Origin: an uncultured bacterium
GTDB lineage: Bacteria > Chloroflexota > UBA5177 > JANWHV01
Direction of reading: 5' to 3'
DNA: 64,000 bases
NCBI GenBank assembly: GCA_963827235.1
Contig: CAWHAE010000009.1
Coordinates: 960,001 to 1,024,000 of the forward strand
The notes beneath the pieces are model-generated. The model did not search any database. It was given only the letters and a program-made list of their open reading frames with translations, and had not been told where the DNA came from. This document shows positions 10,219 to 20,553 of the stretch, in pieces. The stretch's first letter is position 1. Each line of letters begins with the position of its first letter. Both the position numbers and the translations under genes were made by a program.

Positions 10219-11721
10219 ATGAGCACACTCGTCCAACGGAGCCGGAGGCCGCTCCTGCTCGATCACACGCAAGCGCCGCTCGTGGATGGAATCCGCGAGT
10301 ATCGTGAGCTCGATATTCTGCCTTTCACCACGCCCGGCCATAAGCGGGGAGCCTCCATCCCGGCGGCCACCAGCGAGGCGCTAGGCTGGGATGTGTTTCA
10401 CAACGATATCTCGGTCGGCGCGGGCGTCGACGACACGCATTTCACGCGCGACCTGGTAGGACGGGCGGAGCGCCTGGCGGCGGATGCCTACGGCGCCGAT
10501 CGCTCGCTCTTCTTGCTCAACGGCAGCTCGATTGGCAACCACGTGGGCATTCTGTCGCTGGTTGGACCGGGCGACAAGATCGTGGTGGCGCGCAACGTGC
10601 ACAAGTCGATCCTGTCGGCCCTGATTCTCAGCGGCGCACGACCGGTCTACGTGCGGCCGCCCTACGACCCGGATTTCGAGGTGGCGCACGGCGTGGCGGT
10701 AGACGAGGTGGCGCGCACGCTCGAGGCGCATCCCGATGCCGCGGCGGTGGTGGTGGTGAGTCCCACCTACTTCGGCGTGTCTTCGGACCTGCCGGCCCTG
10801 GTGGATCTCTGTCACGGGAAGAACTTGCCGCTGCACGTCGACGAGGCCTGGGCGCCGCACTTCAAGTTCCACCCGGCGCTGCCGCCGTCGGCCATGGAAG
10901 CGGGGGCCGACAGCGCGGTGACCAGCATCCACAAGCTGCTGTCGGGCTTTACCCAGTCTGCTCTGCTCAATCTGCAGGGTCCAAGAGTGGACAAGAACGA
11001 CACGGCGCGCTGGCTGAGCCTGCTCCAGACTACCAGCCCCTCGGCGCTCATCCTTGCCTCCATCGATGGCGCGCGACGGCAGATGGTGCTGCAGGGCGAG
11101 GACTTGCTGGCGCGCACGATCGCGCTGGGCAACATGGCGCGCGAGCGGATCAACCTGATCCCGGGTCTGCGGGCCATAGGATTGGAGGTGCTGAGGCAGC
11201 CCAGCGTCGCGGGCTTCGATCTGACCAAGCTGGTGATCGACGTGCGGGAGACCGGGATGACCGGCTACGACGTGGAGGCATGGCTGCGCGCGCGGCACCG
11301 TATCTCCGTAGAGATGAGCGACCATCGCCGCATCGTGGCGCTGCTGACGATCGCGGATACCGAAGAATCAGTCGAGCGCTTGCTGACGGCGCTGGCCCTC
11401 GTGCCGACGGAGCTGCATCCCTCGCAGGCCCGTCCCTTTGACGCGGCGTACGATCCCGCCGCTCTGGAGGCGGAGAGCGTGCTCACGCCGACCGAGGCGT
11501 ACCATGCCTACACCCGGTTCGTGCCTCTGTCTCAGGCTGCCGGCGAGATCACCGCCGACGTGCTGACGCCGTATCCGCCGGGAATCCCACTGGTGGCGCC
11601 CGGCGAGCGCTTCACGCCGAACATCGTGGACTACCTGCGCGCAGGGTTGGCCGCGGGCATCCATGTGCGCGGTGCCAGCGATCCGACGATGGAAACGGTG
11701 CGCGTGGTGCGGGATGCGTGA
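10219..11721 (+). CDS. PLP-dependent Orn/Lys/Arg decarboxylase family protein
   Basis: FTTPGHK, LLNGSS, RNVHKS, VDEAWA, the SIHK PLP lysine, TTSPS and a C-terminal PYPPGIP. Confidence 0.92.
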   Translation: MSTLVQRSRRPLLLDHTQAPLVDGIREYRELDILPFTTPGHKRGASIPAATSEALGWDVFHNDISVGAGVDDTHFTRDLVGRAERLAADAYGADRSLFLLNGSSIGNHVGILSLVGPGDKIVVARNVHKSILSALILSGARPVYVRPPYDPDFEVAHGVAVDEVARTLEAHPDAAAVVVVSPTYFGVSSDLPALVDLCHGKNLPLHVDEAWAPHFKFHPALPPSAMEAGADSAVTSIHKLLSGFTQSALLNLQGPRVDKNDTARWLSLLQTTSPSALILASIDGARRQMVLQGEDLLARTIALGNMARERINLIPGLRAIGLEVLRQPSVAGFDLTKLVIDVRETGMTGYDVEAWLRARHRISVEMSDHRRIVALLTIADTEESVERLLTALALVPTELHPSQARPFDAAYDPAALEAESVLTPTEAYHAYTRFVPLSQAAGEITADVLTPYPPGIPLVAPGERFTPNIVDYLRAGLAAGIHVRGASDPTMETVRVVRDA

Positions 11722-11801
11722 GCCGGGCACGGCGTAGCAGGCGCGGCCGGCCCACGGGCCGGAGAATGCGGCGTTTGGACTGACGAAGAGGAGGAACAGC
11801 A

Positions 11802-12704
11802 ATGGATGTTCCACGCATAGGCTTCATCGGGGTCGGCGTGATGGGCCGCCCGATGTGTCTCAACCTGCTCAAGGCCGGCTATCCGCTGACCGTGTACGCC
11901 CGGCGGCCGGAGAGCGCGAACGCGGTCTTGGAGGCAGGCGCGGCTCGGGCGGCGGGTCCGCGCGCCGTGGCCGAGCAGTCCGACGTGGTGATCACGATGG
12001 TGACCAACTCCCCGGATGTGGAGGAGGTGGTCCTGGGCGCCGGCGGTGTGCTGGAAGGCGCGCGCTCCGGAATGGTTCTGGTGGACATGAGCACGATCTC
12101 GCCGGCGGCGGCCCGGCACGTGGCGCATGCCGCCGCGGAACGCGGCGTCGAGATGCTGGACGCTCCGGTGAGCGGCGGCTCACAGGGTGCCGAGGCCGGG
12201 ACGCTGACGATCATGGCGGGCGGCGATGCCGCGGTGTTCGAGCGCGTACGCCCGATCTTCGAGGCGATGGGGAAGAACGAGAACATCTTCCACGTGGGGC
12301 CGATCGGATCGGGCCAGGTGGTGAAGCTGATCAACCAGCACCTGTGCGGCGTGATCGCGGCGGCCGACGCGGAGGCCCTGATCCTCGGCGTGGCTGCCGG
12401 GGCCGAGGTGTCCACGATGGCCAAGATCATCGGCGCCAGCAGCGGAGGGAACTGGCAGCTTGCCAATCCCGTCGCCTTACGTGTGTTCACGGGCAGCTTC
12501 GAGCCGGGGTTCTTCACCGATCTGCTGGTCAAGGATCTGCGTCTGGTGCAGGATCTGGCCGGCGAGCGCGGCGTGGCCACGCCGTTGCTGGAGCAGGTGT
12601 TGCCGCTCTACGAACGGGCGCAGGCGGCGGGCTACGGGCGCCGCGATTACACGTCGGTGTTCGCACCCCTGGAGCAGGACGCAGGCGTGGAGGTGCGCGC
12701 CTGA
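11802..12704 (+). CDS. 3-hydroxyisobutyrate dehydrogenase / tartronate semialdehyde reductase family oxidoreductase
   Basis: IGFIGVGVMG, DMSTISP, LDAPVSGG and GQVVKLINQ. GAGGAGG RBS. Confidence 0.93.
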   Translation: MDVPRIGFIGVGVMGRPMCLNLLKAGYPLTVYARRPESANAVLEAGAARAAGPRAVAEQSDVVITMVTNSPDVEEVVLGAGGVLEGARSGMVLVDMSTISPAAARHVAHAAAERGVEMLDAPVSGGSQGAEAGTLTIMAGGDAAVFERVRPIFEAMGKNENIFHVGPIGSGQVVKLINQHLCGVIAAADAEALILGVAAGAEVSTMAKIIGASSGGNWQLANPVALRVFTGSFEPGFFTDLLVKDLRLVQDLAGERGVATPLLEQVLPLYERAQAAGYGRRDYTSVFAPLEQDAGVEVRA

Positions 12705-12803
12705 CTTCCCGGAGGACGCTCGAGGGGACGAGGTAGGTACTTCAGGCCATAGGCGCCGGCTCTCGTTCGCGGTACAATGTAGCAGTAATGCAATTGTGCA
12801 AGT

Positions 12804-13241
12804 GTGACGTGTATGTATGAGCGGGTGATGACCGGCGAGGACGATGTCCGCGATGGTGCCGTCTTCCACCCAGAAGAAGTGGCAACCGCGCGCGCCGCAC
12901 TGGCTCCGGACTCTGCATACGACGACCTTGCCGAGCTGTTCGGTGCCCTGGCCGACGCGACCCGAGCGCGCCTGGTGCACGCCCTTCTCAGTACGGAGCT
13001 GTGCACCGGCGACCTGGCAACCGTGCTGCGCATCAGCGAGTCGGGGGCCTCGCAGCACCTGCGCATTCTGCGGGCATTGAGGCTGGTCAAGGTCAGGCGG
13101 TCGGGACGGTTCGTGTACTACAGCCTGGACGACGAGCATATCGCGTTGCTCGTGAAGATCGGCATGCTCCATCTCGGGCACGCAGGCAGCGCCGACCCGC
13201 CGGATGAGCCGGCGCCGCCCATCGCGCTGGGACCGGACTGA
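12804..13241 (+). CDS. ArsR/SmtB metalloregulator (start uncertain)
   Basis: FGALADATR, SQHLRILR and YYSLDDEH..H (alpha5 metal site). Adjacent to a CDF gene. Confidence 0.9.
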   Translation: MTCMYERVMTGEDDVRDGAVFHPEEVATARAALAPDSAYDDLAELFGALADATRARLVHALLSTELCTGDLATVLRISESGASQHLRILRALRLVKVRRSGRFVYYSLDDEHIALLVKIGMLHLGHAGSADPPDEPAPPIALGPD

Positions 13242-14254
13242 TGCGGGTAGCGATGAGCGAACCCACGGTGGAGATGGACCACGGGCACAGGAGCCACACC
13301 GCCGGCCACGATCATGCCCATCATCATGCCGAAGCCGGATTCCGCGCCGCATTCGTGCTCACGGTGGTCGTGCTGATCGTCGAGGTGGTGTGCGGCATGC
13401 TCGCGCATTCACTGGCCCTGCTCTCCGACGCGGGCCACGTGCTCACGGACGTGGTGGCGCTTGCCCTGGCCTGGTTCGCCACGGCACAGGCCGGGCGTCC
13501 GGCCGACGCGAACAAGACGTACGGCTATCAGCGCACGGGCATTCTGGCGGCGCTGGCGAATGCCGTGACGCTGATCGCCATCGTGGCGGGCATCGCCTAC
13601 GAGGCGATCCAGCGATTCGAGCACCCGGAACACGTGGTGGCCGGCGTCATGCTGCCGGCGGCGGTGGTGGGCATCAGCGTGAATCTCTACATCGCTTCGC
13701 GGCTGCACGGCGAGAGCGGAGATAACGTCAATGTGCGCGCCGCCCTCCTGCACGTGCTTGGCGATGCCGGTGCCTCGGCCGGCGTGATTGTCGCGGCGCT
13801 GATCATCGCGTTTACCGGCTGGAGCGCCGTGGACCCGGTGGTGTCGTTGTTGATCGCGCTGCTCATCGCCCGCAGCGCCTGGTACGTGCTGCGCGAGACG
13901 CTGCAGATCCTGATGGAAGCCGCGCCGCCCGGCCTGGACACCGGGCAGCTGGCCCGAGACATGGGGAGCGTGGCGGGCGCGGCCGAGGTGCACGATCTTC
14001 ACGTGTGGACGATTGCCGGCGGCATGCACGCGCTGTCGGCACATATGCTGGTGAGCGACGATTGCCGGCTGTCCAACTGCGACGACGTCCTGGGGCGTGT
14101 GAACGCGATGCTGGCCGAGCGCTATCGCATCACGCACGCCACCATACAGTTCGAGTTTGGCTGCTGCGGCCGGCACGAGGGCGGGCGTGTGTTCTGCACG
14201 CAGGCGGCACCCGGCCGTGCGGAGTGCGCCTGCACCCACCAACGGGAGGCGTGA
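13241..14254 (+). CDS. czcD: Cation diffusion facilitator (Zn/Co/Cd efflux, CzcD-like)
   Basis: SLALLSDAGHVLTD, NVRAALLHVLGD and VHDLHVWTI. His-rich N-terminus. Confidence 0.92.
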   Translation: MRVAMSEPTVEMDHGHRSHTAGHDHAHHHAEAGFRAAFVLTVVVLIVEVVCGMLAHSLALLSDAGHVLTDVVALALAWFATAQAGRPADANKTYGYQRTGILAALANAVTLIAIVAGIAYEAIQRFEHPEHVVAGVMLPAAVVGISVNLYIASRLHGESGDNVNVRAALLHVLGDAGASAGVIVAALIIAFTGWSAVDPVVSLLIALLIARSAWYVLRETLQILMEAAPPGLDTGQLARDMGSVAGAAEVHDLHVWTIAGGMHALSAHMLVSDDCRLSNCDDVLGRVNAMLAERYRITHATIQFEFGCCGRHEGGRVFCTQAAPGRAECACTHQREA

Positions 14255-14295
14255 CAGAGCCTCCACGGAGCCTCCATCTGCGGAAGGATGGCAGG

Positions 14296-15267
14296 TCAGA
14301 GTCCGGGAAAGGCCGCGGAGAGGGTGTCGCGGATGCGGCTCTCGATGGCCTGAATGGTATCCGGGTTGTTGCCGTGGTACTTACGAGCGGCGACGAACGC
14401 GCGCAGCTCATATTCGAGCGCGTACACACGCAGACGCGGCTGGAGGCTCGGCGTGGAGAGCAGGCCGGGATAGCCTTTCTGGAGGGCCGGGAGGACTCCG
14501 GTCAGATCGAGCGGACGGACGGTGTGCTCGGCGGCGGAGCTGGCGAAGATAGCCGGGTAGTGCAGGAAGCGGACGAGCTGGTCGAGATCCCAGTCCGGCG
14601 CTGCGGCCCAGGAGCGCTCGAAGTCCAGCAGTCCGGTGATCTTGCCGCGCTCGACGTGGATGTTGCCGAAATGCAGATCGCCGTGCGTGAGCGCGGGCAC
14701 GCCGGCGGCGAGGAAGGCGCTGTCCCGGGCAAGGGCTCGCTCCGCTTCGTCGATCAAGGCAGGCGAGGCGTTGGCGGCCGTGCGAGCGCCCTCCAGCGCA
14801 TGGCCGGCGCGCCTGGCGTGCAGAGCGGCCCACGTGTCCCCGGCCCGCGGGCTAATGGGGTCGCCGAAGCCGCTCAGGCGAATGCTGTGCAGGCGCTTCA
14901 TGATCGCTGCCAGCTGAGCAAGATAGCCGTCCCGTTCGTCCTCGGTTGCCAGCTTCCAGCGTGAAAGCAGGTTCTCGCCGGGCACAAAGGTCTGGATCAT
15001 GTACTCGTGCGGGATGATGCGGCTGCTGCCCTCGTAGACCACGATGCGGGGCACGGGGATCTGGTCGCGCACCATGTCCAGAACGCGCATCTCCCGGGCA
15101 AGCTTGCCGCGCTCGTCGGGCCGCAGGTTGACGCGCAACACATAGAGGTCGTCCACCAGGTAGCTGGCGTTGATCTGGCCGCCGGGCAGCGCTACTACGC
15201 TCTGCCGGCCAAGGCCGTGCTGGCTCAGGATGCGCGCGATTGCGTGCATGGGAAGTGTGATGGGCAT
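14296..15267 (-). CDS. Aminoglycoside phosphotransferase (APH/choline kinase-like) family protein
   Basis: Brenner motif HGDLHFGN and the LLDFE metal-binding loop. Confidence 0.88.
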   Translation of the reverse strand: MPITLPMHAIARILSQHGLGRQSVVALPGGQINASYLVDDLYVLRVNLRPDERGKLAREMRVLDMVRDQIPVPRIVVYEGSSRIIPHEYMIQTFVPGENLLSRWKLATEDERDGYLAQLAAIMKRLHSIRLSGFGDPISPRAGDTWAALHARRAGHALEGARTAANASPALIDEAERALARDSAFLAAGVPALTHGDLHFGNIHVERGKITGLLDFERSWAAAPDWDLDQLVRFLHYPAIFASSAAEHTVRPLDLTGVLPALQKGYPGLLSTPSLQPRLRVYALEYELRAFVAARKYHGNNPDTIQAIESRIRDTLSAAFPGL

Positions 15268-15325
15268 CAAAGGGCCTTTCGCGGTGCGCCTCTTGGGTAT
15301 AGCGCACCGCTGCCGCGCTGGCAAG

Positions 15326-16195
15326 CTACAGGTGCGCGATCGTAGGCGCGACGGAGTACATGCGGTAGCTGACGGGGATGCCGATCACGGTCACGGAGAG
15401 TGCCCAGGCGAGCATCATCCAGACGCAGCTCAGCCACCAGCCGACAAACAGCATGTAGAACAGGCGCGCCGAGCCTATGGCATCCGGCGGCCCGGCAGAG
15501 GAGACGGGGACAATCGAGCGCGGCGGATCGGACTCGGTGCGCAGGGTGAGGACGTTTGGGATCGTGGTGATCATGCGATTGGCCACGGTCGGGAATACAA
15601 AGAGGCAGAGCAGCACCCATGTTGCAAGCACCCACAAGCAGCTCAGCCAGCAACCGGCCACCACAAACCAGACGGCTCGCGCAGGAAAGGCGACGTTGCG
15701 CCGGGGCAGCGCGTAGCGAGCCGGAGGTCGCGGCGCTGTAGAGAGAACGACACCGCCGCGGGGCCCGACATCCTCTCCCGGCGCACGCTCGCGCCCGGCT
15801 CGCCTGGCCATGTGCTCGGCGAAGCGCTCGGAGCGCCTTGCCATGCGTTCCGCCCATCGCGAGGAGCGGCGCGCCCACCGGTCGCCGTACTCCGCGGAGC
15901 GCCTGGTCATACGGTCGGAGAGGTGGCCGGCGTGCTGCGTGATCACCTCGGACATGAGGCTGGCGATTTCCGGGGCGACGCGGGCGATGCGATCCGGAGT
16001 GGCGGCATGCCAGTCCTTTGCCTCGCGCTCGGACGGCGGGATAGCGGCGCCGGCGACGAGATTGGCATCCGGATCGCTCAGCGATCCGGGCACGGGGAGC
16101 GTGGCGCCGCAGGCTGCGCAACTGGGGACGGATGAGAGATTGTCCCGGCCACAGCGCGAGCACACGACGACCGCATCTTCGGACTGCATAGGCAT
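15326..16195 (-). CDS. Zinc-ribbon plus YccF-like inner membrane protein
   Basis: N-terminal CSRC..CAAC. C-terminal duplicated hydrophobic units (RAVWFVVAGCWLS / RLFYMLFVGWWLS..SVTVIGIP). Confidence 0.7.
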   Translation of the reverse strand: MPMQSEDAVVVCSRCGRDNLSSVPSCAACGATLPVPGSLSDPDANLVAGAAIPPSEREAKDWHAATPDRIARVAPEIASLMSEVITQHAGHLSDRMTRRSAEYGDRWARRSSRWAERMARRSERFAEHMARRAGRERAPGEDVGPRGGVVLSTAPRPPARYALPRRNVAFPARAVWFVVAGCWLSCLWVLATWVLLCLFVFPTVANRMITTIPNVLTLRTESDPPRSIVPVSSAGPPDAIGSARLFYMLFVGWWLSCVWMMLAWALSVTVIGIPVSYRMYSVAPTIAHL

Positions 16196-16603
16196 TCCCC
16201 TGGCGCCAGAGCACGGCCCGGGCGCGCGCATTCCTTCTACAGTTCAGCCTAGCGAGTCCAGGCCATCCACACAACCGCCGGCGATGCCCGGCGCGTACAG
16301 GATTCTCGATGTCGCCGGCGAGTCGTGGTGATGAGTGATGACGCGCAAGTTCCTGGGGCCGCTCATGCCCGCGCCGTCCTGTCAGCCGCTACGAGGCGAG
16401 CGAGCCGCCTGCGGTTCCGGTACGCCGCGAATCCTAACGCTACGGGTCTCTTTGCTGACAGCATCGTACGCGCTGGGGGTGACTGCTCGTAAGGGGGCGT
16501 AGCAGGCCACAGCCCGACGGCACCACGCCTTGCGGATTCGCCCTGATGCCCGGCCGCCGGGCGTTGCCGACGGCCGGGCCAGTTCTCGCGACCCGTGCCC
16601 AGG

Positions 16604-19600
16604 TCAGGTGGTCGGTACCGCGGTAGGCACCGCAGTAGGGACGTCCGTGGGCACGGCAGTGGGGACGTCCGTGGGCACCGCAGTGGGGACGTCCGTGGGC
16701 ACCGCAGTGGGGACGTCTGTGGGCACCGCAGTGGGGATGTCCGTTGGCACCGTGGTGGCAGTTGGAGCGGTGGTTGGGGTATCGGGCGGCGTGGTGGCAG
16801 TCGGCGCGGTCGTAGCGGTGGGAGCGGTCGTGGCAGTCGGCGCGGTCGTAGCGGTGGGAGCGGTCGTGGCAGTCGGCGCGGTCGTAGCGGTGGGAGCGGT
16901 CGTGGCAGTCGGCGCGGTCGTAGCGGTGGGAGCGGTCGTGGCAGTCGGCGCGGTCGTAGCGGTGGGAACCTTGGTAGCAGTGGGCGCGGTGGTAGCGCTC
17001 GGAGCAGTGGTGGCGGTCGGCTTTGGCGTGCTGGTCGCCGGCCGGCTCACCAGCGTGCTCAGCGGAGGCAGCGTGGCCGTGGGCGTGGCCGTGGGCATAC
17101 CCGGCACGTGGGTGGGCGACGGCGTGCTGGTGGGGTAGATGTAGTTGAAGGTCGTGGAGGGCACGGCCGTCGGCTTGGGCGGGATCGGCGTCGCCGTGGC
17201 CACTTTCCTCGTGATGATGGTGCCGGTGCCGGCGCCCGGCATGTGGAGACGCGCCACTTTGAGCGTGAAAGTACGGCGGGCCGATTGCCCGTTGGGTGCC
17301 GTGACCAGCAGCGTGATGTGGTGCGTGCCAATCGAGAGGCTACCAAGCGTGAGCACGGCGCCATGGCCGAGCGGTCCGTCGCGATCGGAGGTCCACGCCA
17401 GCTCCGAACCGCTCAGGGCGCCCGCGTGCGGATCGATCGCCTGGCCGGCAAGCGTCACCTGGACCACCGGCGGCACCGTGCTGCCGTTGTCTGGTGTGAA
17501 CAGAGTCACGGCGGGAGGTCGCAGGGTAGAGCGAAATGGGCCCGCGATCCTGGCAACCGTGTCGAATCCGCTCGAGGCTGCCACCCGGAGCAGGGAGCTG
17601 CCGCCGCAGAGCGTGGAAGGATCGACGGCGAGCGACGACGCTGCGACGGCCACCGCCAGGGACCGGTACGCCTTGCCGCCGTTGCAGCTCATTGCCACGT
17701 CATGCGGCATAGAGCCGGTTGTCCGACCCTGGTCTTTCCAGGCGATGGTCAGGGGTCTGACGACCGATCCCAGGGTACCCGTCGCTCCGGGTGCGAGACT
17801 GAGCGACGGAGATTGCGACCGGGTCACGACCGCGAGCACGGTATTGCGACCCTTGCTGGTCTTGACCAGCAGCAGCTCTTTCGTGCCCGCCTTGAGCGGC
17901 AGCTCGACGCTGAAGGAGAGCCAGCCCGGACTGGACCGGCTCGATATCTCGCGGAGAGGGACGGTCTCCACGGCCAGCAAAGAGCCGTTGGCGGAGGCCA
18001 GCACGGCCACCAGACCCGACGCGGTCGGCGGGTTCGCCGCGATGGACCGGGGGGACACGAAGAGGGGGAACAGGGTCAGCGGTCCGGCGTTGTCGATGGT
18101 GGGCACCGTCTTGGCGGTCACCGAGGCCGGGGGAGCGAAAACGCCGGAGGCCTCGAGGTAGCCGGCAGCCGGCGCAGCGCCGGCGGGCGCGCTGCGCGAT
18201 ATGGCCGACGTGGTGTGTGCGGTCACCGAGCCATAGGCAATGTGCGCCGCGCCGGCAAGGGAAGCGATCTGGGCCGCGGTCAACATGCCCTGCGACTGCT
18301 TGCAGAAATCGCCGGCGGCCTGAGCGGTTGGGCTGGCAAGCCCGGACAGGGTGAAGAAGACGCGACAGTAGTTTATCGTGGAAATCCAGACGCCCAGGTC
18401 GGAGCAGTCTCCGCTGCTATCTCCGGCGTACATGATGTCGTGGTAGTGCATCAGGCTCGATTGCTTGCAGCGGGCGGTGGGTTCCAGGCCCGCGTAGGGA
18501 GCGTGCGCCAGGGGATCCTTGACGACCGCCTGATCCAGGGCATCGCGCGCCGTGTTCCAGGTCGTCTCGTCGCCGCGCGTGGGTGCGGTGTCGAAGGCCA
18601 GGGGACGGGTGTCGGTGGCGCCGGCGCTCTTGAGCGACGAGTCGGGCGCACCAACGCAGGTGAGGGCGAGGCCGCCTTCGCAGAACGGCCACGCCTCGCC
18701 GTGCTCCCCCGTCGCATTGCCGGCATTCTGCAGGCCGAGGTCGTGGAGAATCTCGTATGAGGTGGTCTTGACGTCCTGCGGCGTGCCGGCAAAGGCGTGC
18801 CCGCCGATGGGCGCGGCACCTTCGGTCGTGCCGGCGAAGCGGCTGGGGATCTGGACCTCGTAGAGCACATACGGCGATGCCGGCGGCGAGAAGGCCAGGC
18901 TGGAGTCGAGCGCCGCGTCGCGCAGCCAATAGGCCTGGGCCGTAGCCAGGAGGCTCTCGTACACGGCCCTGGCTTGGCAGCCTCCCACGCACGTCGTGAC
19001 GGCGGGATTATCGGGAGGATTGACGGTGATGGAGTCGCCGGCCACCGGCATGATGCTATTCAGCCAGCCGTTGGTGAACGCGGGATCGCCGGCTCCGAGG
19101 TAGCTGCCGGACGACGATGAGGCACTCTTCGTGCCAATCTTTCCCGTGAAGAAATAGGGCCGGATCTGGAGCGACGAGGTGGGGAAGAAGGTGAGTCCGG
19201 TTACGGTGAAATCGTCGTTCGTCAGGGCGCCGGCAGGCTCGGGGATGGCGCCCAGGGCGTTGACCACACCGCGCAGGCTGATCGTGCCTGCACGAGTCCA
19301 GGCGGGCGGCAGGACGAAGTTCCAGCTCTTGGAGGGGTTGAGTCGCTGCTGGATGAGCGTGTCTTTGGCACTGAGGTCCACTCGCGCATCCACGGTTCCC
19401 AGCGGCCCGCTGACGGCAGTGAGTGGCGATCCCGGCAGGGCGGCGCCGTGCACGTCGTTGCCATAGAGCAGCGCCTCGACTGCTTTCACGGTAGCGGCGC
19501 CGGCGGGAACGGTACCGTAGAGACGGGCCACGGTCGCCTTGCCGGCGACCAACGGCTCTCCAGTGTAGGCGGCGGTCTTGTTGCTCGCGAACGGCTTCGA

Positions 19601-20188
19601 AGCGGCGAGGGCCACGCTGAAGGCCTGCGTAACTTCCATGCCCCTGGCGGCCACGTCGACCGGTTGAGCGGCGACGTTGACGGTGACAGGTATGATGTCC
19701 CGGGCAAGCACGCCAGAGGGCCCGACCAGGTCGAGCTCCACGTCGTTGACGCCGCCGTCCTGCAACTGCGCCGTCGTCTCCAGGGTCAAAGTCGGCAAAG
19801 TGCCGTTGATCGTGCCGATCCCGTAGGGATGAGCGCCGGCAGAGCTGTGCTTGCTGCCATCCGGCCAGGTGTCTAGCTCATTCACGTGGTAGCCGGTACC
19901 GAAGCTGGGTGTGTGGATACGGGCCACGAGATAGGTGGCGGCGCTGGTGAGCACAACTCCGTCCCCGGGACGAAGTATGGTGATGGACGGTGTGAAGGCT
20001 CCGCCGGTGGAGGCCGGAGTGGAAGCGCCTGCTTGCGCCGGACCCGCTCCGCTCGGGCCGAGGGCGATCCAGGAGGTGGCGGCGTGCAGGGAACCGCGCA
20101 GGGGATTCAGCACGGAGATGACGATTGTCGCGGCCAGCAACGATCGGAGGGCCACTCCACCGGTGAGGCGCCTGGAATAGCGGACCAT
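16604..20188 (-). CDS. Large secreted protein: degenerate metallopeptidase-like domain, Ig-like domains and a Pro/Thr-rich repeat tail
   Basis: AGAGGAG RBS before ATG 20188 and a signal peptide. Motifs MEVTQA, YEILHDLG, DIMY and an Ig-like WTSDRDGPLG..LSIGTHHITLLVT. ATTAPT and PTDVPTAV repeats at the C-terminus. Confidence 0.8.
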   Translation of the reverse strand: MVRYSRRLTGGVALRSLLAATIVISVLNPLRGSLHAATSWIALGPSGAGPAQAGASTPASTGGAFTPSITILRPGDGVVLTSAATYLVARIHTPSFGTGYHVNELDTWPDGSKHSSAGAHPYGIGTINGTLPTLTLETTAQLQDGGVNDVELDLVGPSGVLARDIIPVTVNVAAQPVDVAARGMEVTQAFSVALAASKPFASNKTAAYTGEPLVAGKATVARLYGTVPAGAATVKAVEALLYGNDVHGAALPGSPLTAVSGPLGTVDARVDLSAKDTLIQQRLNPSKSWNFVLPPAWTRAGTISLRGVVNALGAIPEPAGALTNDDFTVTGLTFFPTSSLQIRPYFFTGKIGTKSASSSSGSYLGAGDPAFTNGWLNSIMPVAGDSITVNPPDNPAVTTCVGGCQARAVYESLLATAQAYWLRDAALDSSLAFSPPASPYVLYEVQIPSRFAGTTEGAAPIGGHAFAGTPQDVKTTSYEILHDLGLQNAGNATGEHGEAWPFCEGGLALTCVGAPDSSLKSAGATDTRPLAFDTAPTRGDETTWNTARDALDQAVVKDPLAHAPYAGLEPTARCKQSSLMHYHDIMYAGDSSGDCSDLGVWISTINYCRVFFTLSGLASPTAQAAGDFCKQSQGMLTAAQIASLAGAAHIAYGSVTAHTTSAISRSAPAGAAPAAGYLEASGVFAPPASVTAKTVPTIDNAGPLTLFPLFVSPRSIAANPPTASGLVAVLASANGSLLAVETVPLREISSRSSPGWLSFSVELPLKAGTKELLLVKTSKGRNTVLAVVTRSQSPSLSLAPGATGTLGSVVRPLTIAWKDQGRTTGSMPHDVAMSCNGGKAYRSLAVAVAASSLAVDPSTLCGGSSLLRVAASSGFDTVARIAGPFRSTLRPPAVTLFTPDNGSTVPPVVQVTLAGQAIDPHAGALSGSELAWTSDRDGPLGHGAVLTLGSLSIGTHHITLLVTAPNGQSARRTFTLKVARLHMPGAGTGTIITRKVATATPIPPKPTAVPSTTFNYIYPTSTPSPTHVPGMPTATPTATLPPLSTLVSRPATSTPKPTATTAPSATTAPTATKVPTATTAPTATTAPTATTAPTATTAPTATTAPTATTAPTATTAPTATTAPTATTAPTATTPPDTPTTAPTATTVPTDIPTAVPTDVPTAVPTDVPTAVPTDVPTAVPTDVPTAVPTAVPTT
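16610..17020. repeat. Coding tandem repeats: 24-bp units (PTDVPTAV) and 18/36-bp units (ATTAPT)
   Basis: About 6 copies of GGGACGTCCGTGGGCACCGCAGTG-like units. About 4 near-identical copies of GGCAGTCGGCGCGGTCGTAGCGGTGGGAGCGGTCGT. Confidence 0.95.
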
Positions 20189-20553
20189 CTCGCGTGCTCC
20201 TCTGTTGAGTACGGCGGCCGCCATGTACAGCCGCCCGGCGGAAAGCGAACCCTACTGTGGCATGCCCTATTGTACGATCTGTGGGGCAGGAAGTGGATAG
20301 GTCGATATGGGTGGGACAAATGTTTCCACCTGCACTGGGGGCACTGTACCTCCGACTGAGGTGGAGTGCTAGGAACGGGGCCGGCTGCGGCCGGTTGCGA
20401 TCAGCCGTTTGACTGCCGGATTGTGCTAGGCCAGCGAAGCGGGTATTCCGGCAGCGCCATCCGGGACTGTGTTCGCGCTCGGCTCGGTTATGTCGGACGG
20501 TCGGCGGGCGACCACAGTCGCGGCGGGTGAGACGTGCCGGCGTTCCCAGGCTC

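Noticed and set aside
16395-16475. GCTACGGGTCT segment reminiscent of a c-di-GMP-I riboswitch
   Set aside because: No GGCAAA/GAAA tetraloop arm, and on the + strand it faces the 3' end of a convergent gene. An Rfam covariance search would settle it.
16610-17020. Regular repeats resembling a CRISPR array
   Set aside because: There are no unique spacers, unit lengths are multiples of 3, and they encode the Pro/Thr tail. No cas genes are present.
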